Positions 13,850-27,500 of a stretch of DNA of 64,000 bases are shown piece by piece. Source of the stretch: the human T2T-CHM13v2.0 reference genome, Homo sapiens; NCBI RefSeq assembly GCF_009914755.1, contig NC_060927.1, one strand, 5' to 3'. Numbering within the stretch: the first letter of the stretch is position 1; each line of letters opens with the position of its first letter. Position numbers and translations under genes: made by a program. The notes beneath the pieces were generated by a model. The model was not told the origin of the DNA. It did no database searches and saw only the letters and a program-made list of their open reading frames with translations.

Positions 13850-16800
13850 AATCTTTCTCCCATCCTTCCCCAACAAGACCCTCAGCCTTTTACTACGTTA
13901 ACTGTGCATTGGGAAAAAGAAAGTGATCAGACATTTCAGGGGCTACTGGACACTAGCTCTAACTGATGTTGATTCCAGGGGAACCAAGATGTCATTGTGG
14001 TCCTCCAGTTAAAGTAGGGTCTTATGGAGGTCAGGTAGTTAATGGAGTTTTAGCTCAGGTCTGACTTACAGTGGGTCCAGTGGGTCCTCAGACTCATCCT
14101 GTGGTCATTACCCCAGTGCCAGATGCATAATTGGCACAGACATACTTAACAGCTGGCAGAACCCCCACATTGGCTCCCTGACTGGTAGAGTGAGGGCTAT
14201 TATGGTTGGAAAGGCCAAATGGAAGCCATTAGAGCTATCTCTACTTAGAAAAATAGTAAATTGAAAGCAATATCACATCCCAGGTGGAATTCCAGAGATT
14301 AGCGCGACCATCAGGTGAAAAACGCAGGGGTGGTGATTCCCACAACATCCCCATTCTACTCTCTCCCATTTGGCCTGTGCAGAACAGATGGATCTTGGAG
14401 AATCTGTTCTCCAAGACAGATTAATGTAATGGTCTGACATTATGTAATGAATGACAGTGGATTAATGTGAGTTTAACCAAGTGGTGACTCCAATGGCAGC
14501 TGCTGTACCAGATGTGATTTCATTGCTTGAGCAAATTAACACATATACTGGTACCTGTTATGCAGCCATTGACTTGGCAAATGCCTTTTTCTCCATAAGG
14601 CCCACCAGAAGCAATTTTTAATCAGCTGGCAAGGCCAGCAATATACCTTTATGGTCCTACCTCAGGGGTATATCAATTATCTGGCTTTGTGTCATAATCT
14701 TATTCAGAGAACCTTGATTGCTTTTTGCTTCTGCAAGATGTCACATTGGTCCATTACATTGATGACATTATGCAGATTTCTTCCAGTGAGCAAGAGGTAG
14801 AAACACATTGAACTTATTGGTAAGACATTTGCATGCCAGAGGATGGGAAATAAATCTGACTAAAATTCAGGAAACTTCTACTTCAGTAAAATTTCTAGGG
14901 GTCCAGTTGTGTGGGGCCTGTCAAAATATTCCTTTTAAGGTGAAGGATAAGTTGCTTAATTTGGTACTACCTAAAACCAAGAAAGAGGCACAATGCCTAG
15001 TGGGCTTATTTTGATTTTGGAGGCAACACATTCTTCATTTGGGTGTGTTTCTCTGACTCGTTTACCGAGTGATCCAAAAAGCTGCCAATTTTGAGTGGGG
15101 TCTAGAACAGGAGAGAGCTTTGCAACAGGTTCAGGCTGTTGTGCAAGATGCTCTGCCACTTGGGTCATATGACCCAGTAGATACAATGGTGCTTGAGGTG
15201 TCAGTGGCAGATAAGGGTGCTGTTTGGAGCCTTGGCAGGCCCCCATAGGTGAATCACAATGAAGGCTAGGATTTTGGAGCAAGGCCCTGCCATCTTCCGC
15301 AGATAACTACTATCCTTCTCTGAGACAGCTCTTGGCCTGTTACTGGGCTTTGGTGGAAACTGAATGTTTGACTATGGGTCATCAATTAACCATGCAATCT
15401 GAACTGCCTATCATGAACTAGGTACTTTCTGACCCATTTAGTCATAAAGTGAGTTGTGCACAGCAGCATTCCATCATCAAATGGACGTGGTATACAATTA
15501 ATCAGGCTCGAGCAGGTCCTAAAAGAACATGTAAGTTGCATGAGGAAGTAGCTCAAATGCCCATGGTCTCCTCTCCTGCCACCCTGCCTTCTCTTTGCCA
15601 GCCTGCAATGATGGCCTTGTGGGGAGTTCTCTATGATCAGCTGACAGAGAAAGAGAAGACTAGGGCCTGGTTCACAGATGGTTCTGCACGATATTCCGGC
15701 ACCACCTGAAAGTGGACAGCTGCAGCAGTACAGCCCCTTTCTAGGACATCCCTGAAAGATAGTGGTGAAGGGAAATCTTTCCGATGGACAGAACTTCACA
15801 TAGTGCACCTGCTTGTGCACTTTGGATGGAAGGAGAAATGGCCAGTTGTATGATTATATACTGATTCAAGGGCTATAGCCAGTGGTTTGTCTGGCTGTTC
15901 AGAGACTTGGAAGAGACATGATTGGAAAATTGGTGACAAAGACATTTGGACAAGATGTATGTGGATGGACCTCTCTGAGTCGTCAAGAACCATGAAAATA
16001 TTTGTATCCCATGTGAGTACTCGCCAATGGGGGTCCTCAGTAGAGGAGGATTTTAATAATCAAATAGATAGGATAACCTGTTCTGTGGACACCACTCAGC
16101 CTGTTTCCCCAGCCACCCCTGTAATTGCCCAGTGAACCCATGAACAAAGTGGCCATGGTGGCAGGGATGGAGGTTATGCATGGGTCAGCAACATGGACTT
16201 CCACTCACCATGGCTGACCTGGCTACAGCCACTGCTGAGTGCCCAATTTTCCAGCAGCAGAGACCGATGCTGAGCCCTCAATATAACACCATTTCTTGGA
16301 GTGATCAGCCAGCCACCTGGTGGAAGGTTGATTATATTGGATCTTTTCCATTATGTAAAGGGGGAGAGTTTTATCATCACTGGAATAGACACTTACTCCA
16401 GTTATGGGTTTGCCTATCCTGCATGGAATAATTCTGCCAAAACTACCATCCACAGACTCACGAAATGCCTTATCTACCATCATGGTATTCCACACACCAT
16501 TGCTTCTGACCCTGGCACTCACTTTACAGCTAAAGAAGTGCAGCAGTGGGCTCATGCTCATGGAATTCACTGGTCTTACCATGTTGCCTATCATCCTGAA
16601 GCAGCTGTATTCATGGAACAGTGGAATGGCCTTTTGAAGTCACAATTACAGTACCAATTAGATGACAATACTTTTCAGGGCTGAGGCAAAGTTTTCCAGA
16701 AAGCCATGTATGCTCTGAATCAGTGTCCAACATATGGTACTCTTTCTCCCATAGCTAGGATTCATGGGTCCAGGAATCAAGGGGTGGAAGTGGAAGTGGA

Positions 16801-16850
16801 TCCACTCATGATCACCCCTAGTGATCCACTAACAAAATTTTTACTTCCTG
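13850..16850 (+). pseudogene. HERV-L pro-pol (protease, RT, RNase H, integrase), disrupted
   Basis: Protease LLDTS at 13943 (catalytic DTG altered); RT HYIDD at 14752-14766; RNase H WFTDGSA; integrase WKVDYIG, DTYS, SDPGTHF, EQWNG. Many stops and frameshifts. Confidence 0.92.
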
Positions 16851-16859
16851 TTCTCACAA

Positions 16860-17200
16860 CATAACGTTCTGTCAGCCTAGAGGTCTTAGTTCCAGAAGGA
16901 GGAATGCTGCCATCAGGAGACACAACAACAATTCCATTAAACTGGAAGCTATGATTGCCACCTGGACACTTTGTGCTCCTTCTACCTTTAAGTCAACAGG
17001 CTAAGAAGGGAATTACAGTGTTGGCTGGGGTGATTAACCCAGACTATCAAGATGAAATCAGCCTACTAGTTCACAATGGAGGTAAGGAATAATATGCATG
17101 GAATATAGGAGATCCATTAGGGTGTCTCTTAGTATTACCATGCCCTGTGATTAAGGACAATGGGAAACTACAACAGCCCAATCCAGGCAGGACTACAAAT
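16860..17200 (+). pseudogene. HERV-L dUTPase downstream of integrase, disrupted
   Basis: AGVINPDYQDEI at 17024 resembles dUTPase motif 3 (GVIDxDYxGE); the position after integrase is the known ERV-L layout. Confidence 0.8.
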
Positions 17201-17670
17201 GGCCTAGACCTCTCAGGAATGAAGGTTTGGGTCACTCTACAAAAAACAAACAAACAAACAAAAATACATGACCTGCTGAGGTGCATGCTGAAGGCAAAGG
17301 GAATACAGACTGGGTAGTAGAAAAAGGTAATCGATACCAGCTATGACCACGTGACCAGCTGCAGAAACAAGGACTGTAACTGTCATGAGTATTTCCTTTG
17401 TCTTTTGTTAAAAACATGTTTTGTACTTTAAAAAAAATCTTTATTTCATTTTCTTTATCATGTGACATAAAATTTATTGACTTCATATCAGCATTTAAGT
17501 ATTGTTACCTTTATGTAATAGTATTTGGGTTGGGGATTGATTCAATTCCAGTTGTACAAAAGATAGTTGTAGTACGTTAGGTATTATTATGACTTTATTA
17601 TTGTCTTTATTTGAACATTATGTATGATCTCAGGAGATGTGTATGGATTCAAGTTGACACGGAGTGGACT

Positions 17671-18173
17671 TGTGATGGTTAATACGGAGGTCAACTTCAT
17701 TGGATTGAAAGTATTGATCCTGGGTGTGTCTGTGAGAGCGTTGCCAAAAGAGATTAACATTTGAGTCAGTGGGTTGGGGAAGGTATATCCACCCTTAATC
17801 TGGTAAGCACAATCTAATCAGCTGCCAGTGGATAGAAAGCAGGCAGAAAAAACCATGAAAAAGGAAGAAGGGTCTTTTCTCCCAGGCTACATCTTTCTCC
17901 TGTGCTGAATGCTTCCTGCCCTTGAACATGGGACTCCAAGTTCTTCAGTTTTGGGACTCAGACTGGCTTTCCTTGCTCCTCAGCTTGCAGACAGCCTATT
18001 GTGGGACCCTGTGATCATGTAAGTTAATACTTAATCAACTTCTATATATATATATACATAAATATTTAATCAACTTCCATATATATATATACATATGTAT
18101 ATATATATACATATGTATATATATATATATGTAGTATTAGTTCTGTCTCTCTAAGAGAACCTTGACTAATATA
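17671..18173 (+). mobile_element. 3' LTR (MLT2A2-like)
   Basis: Starts TGTGATGGTTAATAC after a decayed polypurine tract, ends GACTAATATA, and is followed by the GTCAA TSD. Confidence 0.93.
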
Positions 18174-21100
18174 GTCAATAATAAAATGAAGATGGAAATT
18201 AAATAAATATAGATAGATAAATACAAATGAGAGTGGAAGGATCACAAATGAAAACCCATGGTACCTAGTGAAAGAAATACTGAGAGAACAGTTTGCAGCA
18301 ATAAGCACCTACATCAAAAAAGTAGGAAACCATAAAATAAACAACCTAACAATGTATCTTAAGGAATAAAAAAGCAAGAGCAAACCAAACTGAAAATTAG
18401 TAGAACAAAATAAATAATAAAAATCAGAGCTGAAATAAATAAAATTGAAATAAAGAAAGCCCTATAAAATATCATCAAAATGAACACTTTTTGTATGGAA
18501 AAAGTAAATAAAATCAACAAACATTTAGCCTGGCTCCATAAGCAAAAAGCGGGAAGACACAAATAAATAAAATCAGATATGAAAACGGTGACATTACAAC
18601 CAATACTGCAAAAATTGAAAGGGTCACCAGATGTTCCTGTGAGCAATTATATGCCAATAAGTTAGAAAACTTAGAGAAAACTGGATAAATTTCTAGACAC
18701 ATACAATCAACCAAAATTGAGCCATGAGAAGTCCACAACCTAAACAGACCAATAACAAGTAATGAGATCAAAGCAATAATAAAAAGCCTCTCAGCAAATA
18801 AAAGCACAGGACCCAAAAGCTTCATTGCTGAATTTTACCAAACTTGAAGAACTAATACCAACTTTCCTCAAACTATTCCCAAATATAGAGTAGGTGAAAA
18901 TACTTCCAACCTCAGACTTCGAAGCCAGTTATTTCCCTGATACAAAAACTAGACAAAGATGCATCATAAAAGAAAAGTACTGGCTCATATTTTTTATAAA
19001 TATTGATGAAAAAATCCTCAAGAAAATACTAGTAAACCAAATTCCACCACACATTTAAAAGATCATTTATCAGGGCCATATGGGATTTATCCCTGGGATG
19101 TAAGGACGGTTCAACACGTGCGAATTACTCAAATGTGATATTTCATACCAGGAGAATGAAGGACAAAAACCATATGATTCTATCAATTGATGCTGAAATC
19201 CCTTTCATGATAAAAAACTATCACAAAAAAAAAAACATGGATAGAAGGAAAATACCCATATATGACAGTCCCACAGCTAGTATTATACTGAAAGGGGAAA
19301 AACTAAAACCTTTTCTTCAGGATCAGAAACATGACAAGATCTCTACTTTCATGACTATTATTCAACATTGTACTGGAAGTTCTAGCTAGAGCAATGAGAC
19401 AAGAAAAAAAAAGGGGGCATCCAAAATGGGAAGGAATAAATAAAATTATCCTTGTTTACAGATTATATGATCTTGTATTTGGAAAAACTCAAAGGCTCTA
19501 CCAAAAAGAAAAAAAAAAACTATTAGAACTGATAAACAAATCCAGCAAAGTTGCAGGATACCAACTCAACACACAAAAATAAGGAGCATTTCTATATGCC
19601 AACAGTGAATAATTTGAAAAAGAAATCAAGAAAGCAATCATATATATTATAGCTACCTAGGAATTAACGAAAGAAATAAAAGATCCCTACCATAAAAACT
19701 ATAGAACATTGATGACATAAATTGAACAGGAAACAAAAACTAAAAAGATATTCCATATTCATGGATTGGAAGAATCAAAATTGTTAAAATGTCCATACTA
19801 CCTAAATCAGTCCACTTATTTAATGTAACCTCTATCAAAATACTAATGACATTCTTCACAGCAATACAAGATAATCTTTAAATTTATAAGATTCCGCACA
19901 CACACACACACATACACGAAAAGCAATAGCCAAAGCCATCCTGAGCAAAAAGAACAAACCTGGAAGAATCACATTACTTGACTTTAAGTTATACTACAAA
20001 GGTATAGTAACCAAAACTGTAGGGTATTGGCATAAAAATAGACACATAATCCAATAGAACAGAACAGAAAACTCAGAAATAAATCTACATTTCTACAGTG
20101 AACTGATTTTTTGACAAAGGTACCAGGAACACACATTGAGGAAAGAACAGTCTCTTCAGTACATGGTACTGGGAAAACTGAATATCCACATTCAGAAACA
20201 TGAAACTATACCCCTATTTCTCACCATATACAAAAATCAAATCAAAATTGATAAGAGGGTTAAATCTAAGAATTTAAACTATGAAACTACTGAATAAAAT
20301 TATTGGGGAAGCTATCCAGAACATTGGTCTGGGCAAAGATTTTTTGAGTAATACCCTACAGGCACAGGCAATCAAAACAAATATGGACAAATGGGATCAC
20401 ATTAAATTTAAAAAGGGAAGAAAAAACCCACAAAAGAGCAGAAATCATTTGCAAACTATACATCTTACAAGAGATTAACAACCATAATATATAAGAAACT
20501 CAACAGGAAAAAAAAATGAATAATCCAATTTTTAAAATGGGCAAAAGACCTGCATAGACATTTCTCAACAGAAGACATACAAATGCAAAACAGGTATATG
20601 AAGAGGTGCTCAACATTATTGATCGTTACAGAAATGCAAATCAAAACTAAAATGAGATATCATCACACTCCAGTTAAAATGACTTTTATCCAAATGTGAG
20701 GTGATAACAAATTCTGATAAAGATGCAGAGAAAAGATAACCCTTGTACACTCTTCTTGAGAATGTAAATTAGTACAACAACTATGGAGAGCAGATTTGAG
20801 GTTAATTAAATAACTGAAAATATAGTTACTATATGATCCAGCAATTTTACTGCTAGGTATCTGAAGCAGTATCTTCACTCCCATGTTTATTGCAGCACAA
20901 TTAACGATAGCCAATATTTGGAAGCAACCTACATGTCCATCAACAGGGGACTGAGGAAATAAAATGTGGCATGTATACACAATGGAGTACTATTCAGCCA
21001 TAAAAAAGAATGGGATCCAGTCATTTGCAACATCATGGACAGAAATAGAGGTCACTATGCTAAGTGAATTAAGCCAGCTACAGAAAGACAAGCTTCCCAT

Positions 21101-21366
21101 TTTCTCACTATTTGTGAGAGCTAAAATTTTAAACAATTGAACTAATGGAGATAGAGAGGAGAATGATGGTTAGCAGAGACTGGGAATAGTAGTGGGGAGG
21201 AGAAGTGGAATGGTTAATGGGTACAAAAATGAAGTTAAATAGAATAAGATCTAGTATTTGGTAGCACAACAGGGTTACTATAGTCAATAATAATTGTATA
21301 TTTTACAACAACTGAAATAGTGTAATTGGATTGTATATAAACAAAGAAAAAATTAATGCTTTAGGT

Positions 21367-21711
21367 CAGTGGTCACCTACCTTTTTGGCATCAGGGACTG
21401 TTTTCTTGGAAGACAAATTTTCCATAGACCGAGGCTGAGAGGGAAGATGGTATCAGGATGAATCTGTCCCTCCTCACATCATCAGGCATTAGTCGGATTC
21501 TCATAAGGAGCACACAACATAGATCCTTCACATGTGCAGTTCACAATAGGGTTTGTGCTCCTATGATAATCTAATGCTACTGCTGATCTGACAGGAGGCA
21601 GAGATCAGGCAGTAATGCTTGCTCACCCGCTGTTCAACTCCTGCGGTGAGACCTGGTTCCAAACAGACTACGGACCAGAACACAATCATAGCCTGAGTTT
21701 GGCATAGCCTG
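21367..21711 (+). mobile_element. MER1B (hAT-Charlie non-autonomous DNA transposon)
   Basis: CAG...CTG termini; internal CAGGCATTAG...GATTCTCATAAGGAG; perfect 8-bp TSD CTTTAGGT (21359-21366 and 21712-21719). Confidence 0.92.
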
Positions 21712-21849
21712 CTTTAGGTGATAGATACCCAATTTTTCCTGATGTGATTATTACACATTACATTCCTGTATCCAAATATCTCACATATCCCATAAATATA
21801 TACACCTACTATGTACCCACAAAAATTTGAAATAAAATTATTTTTTAAA

Positions 21850-22048
21850 GAAAATTATAGGAAAGATCAAATACATTTATTTATTAAATGGAAGTAGATT
21901 ATCAGATAGTTATTTATCCTTTTTCTCTTCAAGTTTCATAGTCTGAGGAGCAGGAAGAAGAGGAAGGTTTGTTCTTGCAGTCTCAGTGGTGGCAGAAGTT
22001 AAAGAAAATTCATGCAAAATAGACCTGTGTTGTTCAAGAGGCAACTGT
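21850..22048 (+). mobile_element. Tigger2a/MER28 3' fragment
   Basis: TCTCAGTGGTGGCAGAAG...CCTGTGTTGTTCAAGAGGCAACTG followed by TA, a Tigger2 terminal inverted repeat. Confidence 0.7.
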
Positions 22049-22131
22049 ACAATTCATGATGTTCACACAACAAAGTTGCCTAGCATTGCATTTCTCAGAT
22101 TCTATCCTTCTGCTAAGTGATGTATGACTAT
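22049..22131. mobile_element. Tigger3/MER7 terminal fragment
   Basis: ATGATGTTCACACAAC...GCATTTCTCAGA...TAAGTGATGTATGACT resembles the Tigger3 terminus. Confidence 0.65.
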
Positions 22132-22415
22132 AATTTCAAAAGAAACAATAAGTGGAAAGATATCCATGCTCATAGGTCAGAAAAGTTAATATTGTTACAA
22201 TGTCCACACTGCACAAAGAAATGTACAGATTCAATGCAATAGCTACCAAAATTCCAAGCACGTTCTTCACAGATTTAGAAAAAAAATTCCCAAACTTACA
22301 TAGAACTACAAAAGACCCTGAATAGCTAAATCCATCTTGATAAAGAAAAACAAATATAGAGGCACTACACTTTCTGCTGTCACACTATATTACAAAGTTA
22401 TACCAGTCAAGAGAG
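22132..22415 (+). mobile_element. L1M ORF2 fragment
   Basis: AAGTGGAAAGATATCCATGCTCAT...TACAGATTCAATGCAAT...AAAAGACCCTGAATAGCTAAA. Confidence 0.75.
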
Positions 22416-23881
22416 TATTGAAAAGTGATGTCAGCAAGATAATGGATCAGGTCTGTTGGCATTATCCCTCTCTCTCTCACACACACGAAACTAGAAACTA
22501 TTCAAAGACAAAAATACTACCTCGAGTTAATCAGAATTCAGGGTAGAGTTAAGAAATCCCCTGGGTAAACAGAATTGAGAGATGTCTAATCTAATAGGAG
22601 AAATGGTCATTCCAGATCGCACCATGTCCTTCCCCAGACTGCTATCAGGGAACTCGCAGAGAATTTTTCTTTATACACGGCATACAAGGCAAGAAGAGGG
22701 AACTGGAGCTTGGCATTCAGTCTACCCATCAGTCTGAAAATCTTTGTGGGAAATCCTCTTTTGTCCCACTCCACAGGAACCTTTGGGAGTGCCAGCAGTG
22801 CTGGACCACCTAGGGTAAATTGGAGATAAATGTTATAGAGCTGGATTGCAATGACTGATGTGTAAATTATGGTGGCTACTCTGTCATCTAATTTGTGAGG
22901 ACATCACATTCAAGAGACAGTCTGATCACAACAATGCTTCAGGGAATGCAATCAATGAGAAGGTCCAAATCCTTGGCTGGATTTTTCACAGAGTGTTTGT
23001 GGAGAATTAGTCTGGCCCAGAAACAACTAAAAGGTCAGAGTTAAAGTCCAATGTCTGCTTAAGTCCTCTCCACAGTGGAAAACAATGAGAGGGCAGCAAT
23101 ATAGTGCCAGGGCAGCAGTTTACTCCAGGTGTTTCCTACGAGTCTTTCTTAAACCGAGAACCTATGGGAGGGCAGCAAATTAGTTCCAGAGCAGTTTTTA
23201 AGATTTTGATGTTCACTATAGGTTGGCCACTGATTGGGAAACAAGGGCAGAGAAACCAGTTAGTTTCAGTGCAGCCTTTTACTCCTGGTGCTCACTCTAA
23301 ATTCTCCCTAGATTGGGAAGAAACAACAGTCAAGCCTTTAAGTTTCCATACCTAGTAGTAGAGATCTAACATGACTAAAGAAAACTTAAAAAAACTGGAA
23401 GAGGTCACTGTCTCCTTAAAGGCATAGGCATCCACATAAAGATGGAAAGACTGTGGAAACTCAGAGAAATAAAATACCACAAAAAAAAACCCAAAAATGA
23501 AACTGACCAGTCTCCATTAATGGACCCCCCCAAAATTAACATTTATGAAATGTCAGAGATTTAAGAATTATCTGCTTAAGGAAGTTCAAGTAATCACAAG
23601 AAAATATGAATAGAAAAAAAGTAAAATTGGAAAATAACCCAAGAACAAATTAGACATTTAACAAAGAAATAGAAAAAAATTAATGAAATCCATGAAATAA
23701 AGAATATGATAACTGAACTGGAAAACTCATTAGAAAGCTTTAACAGAAGATGTGAGAAAACAGGAAAGAATTAATGAGCTTGAAGACAACACATACAAAA
23801 TTATTTAATCAGAGGAATAAAGATAAAAAAGAAGAAAAAAGTGAGGAAGGCATAGAAAGCATATTTTTTAAAAAATGTGTC

Positions 23882-24173
23882 AGTTGGGTGTGGTGGTTCA
23901 TGCCTATAATCCCAGCAATTTGGCAAGCCAAGGCGGGTGGATCACCTGAGGTCAGGACCTTGAGACCAGCTTGGCCAACGTGGTGAAACCCCGTCTCTAC
24001 TAAACATACAAAAATTAGCTGGCCATTGTGGCAGTTGCCTGGAATCCCAGCTACTAGGGAGGCTGAGGCAGGAGAATCACTTGAACCCAGGAGGTGGAGG
24101 TTGAAGTCAGGCAAAATTGTGCCATTGCACTCCAGTCTGGGCTATGAGAACAAGACTCCATTAAAAAAAAAAA
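23882..24173 (+). mobile_element. AluS
   Basis: Full dimer with GGATCACCTGAGGTCAGGA and a poly-A tail. Confidence 0.95.
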
Positions 24174-24185
24174 GAGAAAGAAGCA

Positions 24186-24249
<64 letters not shown>

Positions 24250-24252
24250 AAA
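24174..24252. repeat. (GAAA)n microsatellite in the Alu tail
   Basis: Direct reading of the sequence. Confidence 0.95.
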
Positions 24253-24273
24253 ATATGGAAAGAAAAGTGTCAT

Positions 24274-24546
24274 GGCCAGATGCAGTGGCTCATGCCTATA
24301 ATCCCAGCATTTTGGGAGTCCAAAGCAGGTGGATTACTTGAGGTTAGGAGTTCGCGACCAGCCTCGTCAATGTGGTGAAAACCCATCTCTACTAAAAATA
24401 CAAAAATTATCCAGATGTGGCGGCACACGCCCGTAATCCCAGTTACTTGGGAGGCTGAGGCAGGAGAATCACCTGAGCCTAGGATCATGCCACTGCACTC
24501 CAGCTTGTTTGGCAGAGTGAGACTCTGTCTCGAAAAAAAAAAAAAA
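24274..24546 (+). mobile_element. AluS with a short deletion in the right arm
   Basis: Dimer in which the GGAGGCGGAGGTTGCAGTGAG segment is missing near 24478. Confidence 0.92.
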
Positions 24547-27500
24547 GTATCTGAAAATTTTCCAAATATGGAGAAAGGCAACACCATTCAGGCACAGGAA
24601 TCTAAGGAGCCACCAGTAAAACTCAACTGAAAGAGGATATTCCTGAGGCACATCACAATCAAATTAGCAAAAATCAAAGACAAAAGAATATTTAAATCAG
24701 CAAAAGTATAGAAACATATAACATTCAACAGAATCCCACTATGATATTTGGCAGATTTTTCAGTAAAAACCCTGCAGGCCAGGAGAGAATTAAATGGTAT
24801 ATTCAAAATAATAAAGAAAAAAAAATCTGCCAATTCATAATGTGGTACTTAGCAAAGCTGTCCTTCGAGCATGAATAAGAGATAGCCTTTCCTAGAAAAC
24901 AAAATCTGAGGGAATTCAACAATATTATACCTGTTTTATAAGAAATACATCAATGTAAAAAAATATGCTAATGTGTTACAAGAAAATATTTCAAGGCATT
25001 AAAATTATTGGCAAAATAAACAGAAGACAAATTCTGAATGTTTTAATACTGAAATCAGGGAAATTAAACCACTTATATCTTAAATATGGAGACTAAAATA
25101 CTAAACTATTAAAATCAACCATAACTCCAAAAATTGGTTAAAAGATAGGAAATACAATAAATGAAAATTTAAACAGCTATAAGTAAAAATGTGGATACAA
25201 GTAGTATTAGAGATTGTTTTTGATAGTTTTCCTTTTGTTGTGATTAAAGATGTTATCATTTTAAAATAATCTATTATAAAATTTTTTGTAAGCCTCACGG
25301 TAACTACAAACCAAAAATCTGTAATGGATAAGCTAAAAATGAATAGCACAGAATCAAAACATATCACTAAAGAAAATCAGCCACTAAGAAAGATAGTAAT
25401 AGAACAAGGAAGGAAAAAAGATGATAAAACAGTCAGAAAATGAGTGACATTATGGTAGTAGTAAATCAGTACCTATCAATAGTTACCCTAAATACAAATG
25501 GATTACATTCTTCAATTGAAAGACATAGAGTGGTTTACTGAATAAAAACAAAAAGAGGCCCAACTATGCTCTCTAAAAGGAACTCACATCACCTATAATG
25601 ACAGATACAGACTGTAAGTGAAGGGATATAAGATGTTTCTTAACAAATGGAAAACATAAAAAGAGTGGGAGTACATGTTTTATAATATAAAATAGACTTT
25701 ATCTTAATAACAATAAAAGGTCATTACATAATGATTAAGCAGTCAATACCGTAAGATAATACAATTGTAAATATATATGCATCTCACACTAGAGCACCCA
25801 AATACATAAAACAAACATTAATTGAACTAAATGGAGAGATTAACTGCAATACAATAATAGTAGGCAACGCCATCTCTCCACTTAATGTAGAGAACATCCA
25901 GACAGATGTAATCATTAAAGAAATTATCAGTCTTAGACTATACTCTAGACAAAAGGAACCTAATAAATATTTACAAGATAGTTCATCTAACCATGGCAGA
26001 ATATAAATTTTTCTCAACAGCACATGGAACATTCCCCAAGATACAACATATATTAAGTAACAAAGTAATCCTTAACAATTTTTTAAGATAAAATATATAT
26101 CAAGTATTTTTTTCTAATCATATTGCAATGAAACTAAAAATCAGTAACAAGAAAGTTGGAAATGGAAAATTCATAAAAATTACACAACATTCTCCTGAAC
26201 AATGAATGGTTCAATGAAAAAAAAAAAGCTAAGATTGGAAATATTCTTCAGACAAATTCAAATGAAAAAAAATCAAAATCTTAGGCATACAGTAAAAGCA
26301 GTTTGAAAAGAAAGTTTTATGATAATAAACATCTTCATAAAAATATAGAAAGACTTAAAATAACCAACTTAATGACACACCATACCTCAAGGAACTAGGA
26401 AAACAAGACCAAACCAAACCCAAAATTAGTAGAAGGGAAGAAATAGTAAAGATCAGAGAAAAAAACAATGAAATTGAGTAAGATAATACAGAAGATGAAC
26501 AAATCGAAGAGTTTTGAAAAACTTGATAAATAGACTTTTTAAAACCTAAAAAGATGATATGAGTAAGTTCCTAGACACATGCAACCTACCAAGAGTGAAC
26601 CATGAAAAAACAGAAAAATCTCAGAAACAAGTAACAAGTAATACAATTGAAGCAGTAATAAAAAGTCTCCCATAAAAGAAAACCCCAGGATCTAATATCA
26701 GTATCTTTGAAAAACATTGATGAAAAAAAAACCTCAAACAAATAATAAATGTAACGGCTCATTTAAAATGATTTAAATGTAGCAAATTAAATTGAACAAC
26801 ACATGAAAAAGGATTAACCTATGGGATATAAGAATGGTCCAGCAAACACTAATCAATAAACATAATACCTCAGATCAACAGAATGAAGTATGAAATACAT
26901 ATGATCATCTAAGTTGATGTAGAAAAAAGCATCTGATAAAATTCAATAAAACTTTATGATAAATATGTTCAACAAATTAGGTATAGAAGGAACATAACTA
27001 AACACAATAAGATCCATTTATGATAAACCCACAGCTAACATCATGCTAAATGGAGAAAGGCTGAATGGTTTTTTTGCTAAGAACTGGAACAAGACTAATA
27101 CTCCCAGTCTCAATACTCTTATTCAATGTAGTACTGGAAGTCTTAGCCAAGGCAATTAGGCAAGAGAAATAAATAAAAGACTTTCAATTTGGAAAGAAAG
27201 CAGTAAAATTAGCCCCTTTTTCAGATGGCATAATTTTATATATAGGAAAACCTAAAGACACGACCAAAAAACTGTTAGAACTGATAAATACATTCAGTTA
27301 AGTTACAGAATAAAAAAATCGGCCTACAAATATTAATAGTGTTTCCATATACCATCGACTAGCTGAAAACAAATTAATAAAGCAATCTCATTTGCAATGA
27401 CTTAAAAGAAAGCCTAGGAATAAATTTAAGGTAGTAAAAGATCTCTACAAACAAACTAAAATATACTAATGCAAGAAATTCAAGAGGACTCAAAAAAATA

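Noticed and set aside
12512-16684. HERV-L ORF fragments as functional genes
   Set aside because: Many stops and frameshifts, the protease DTG is altered to DTS, and the longest sense fragment is 129 aa.
16860-17200. dUTPase placed after integrase as a novel gene order
   Set aside because: This is the established ERV-L arrangement.
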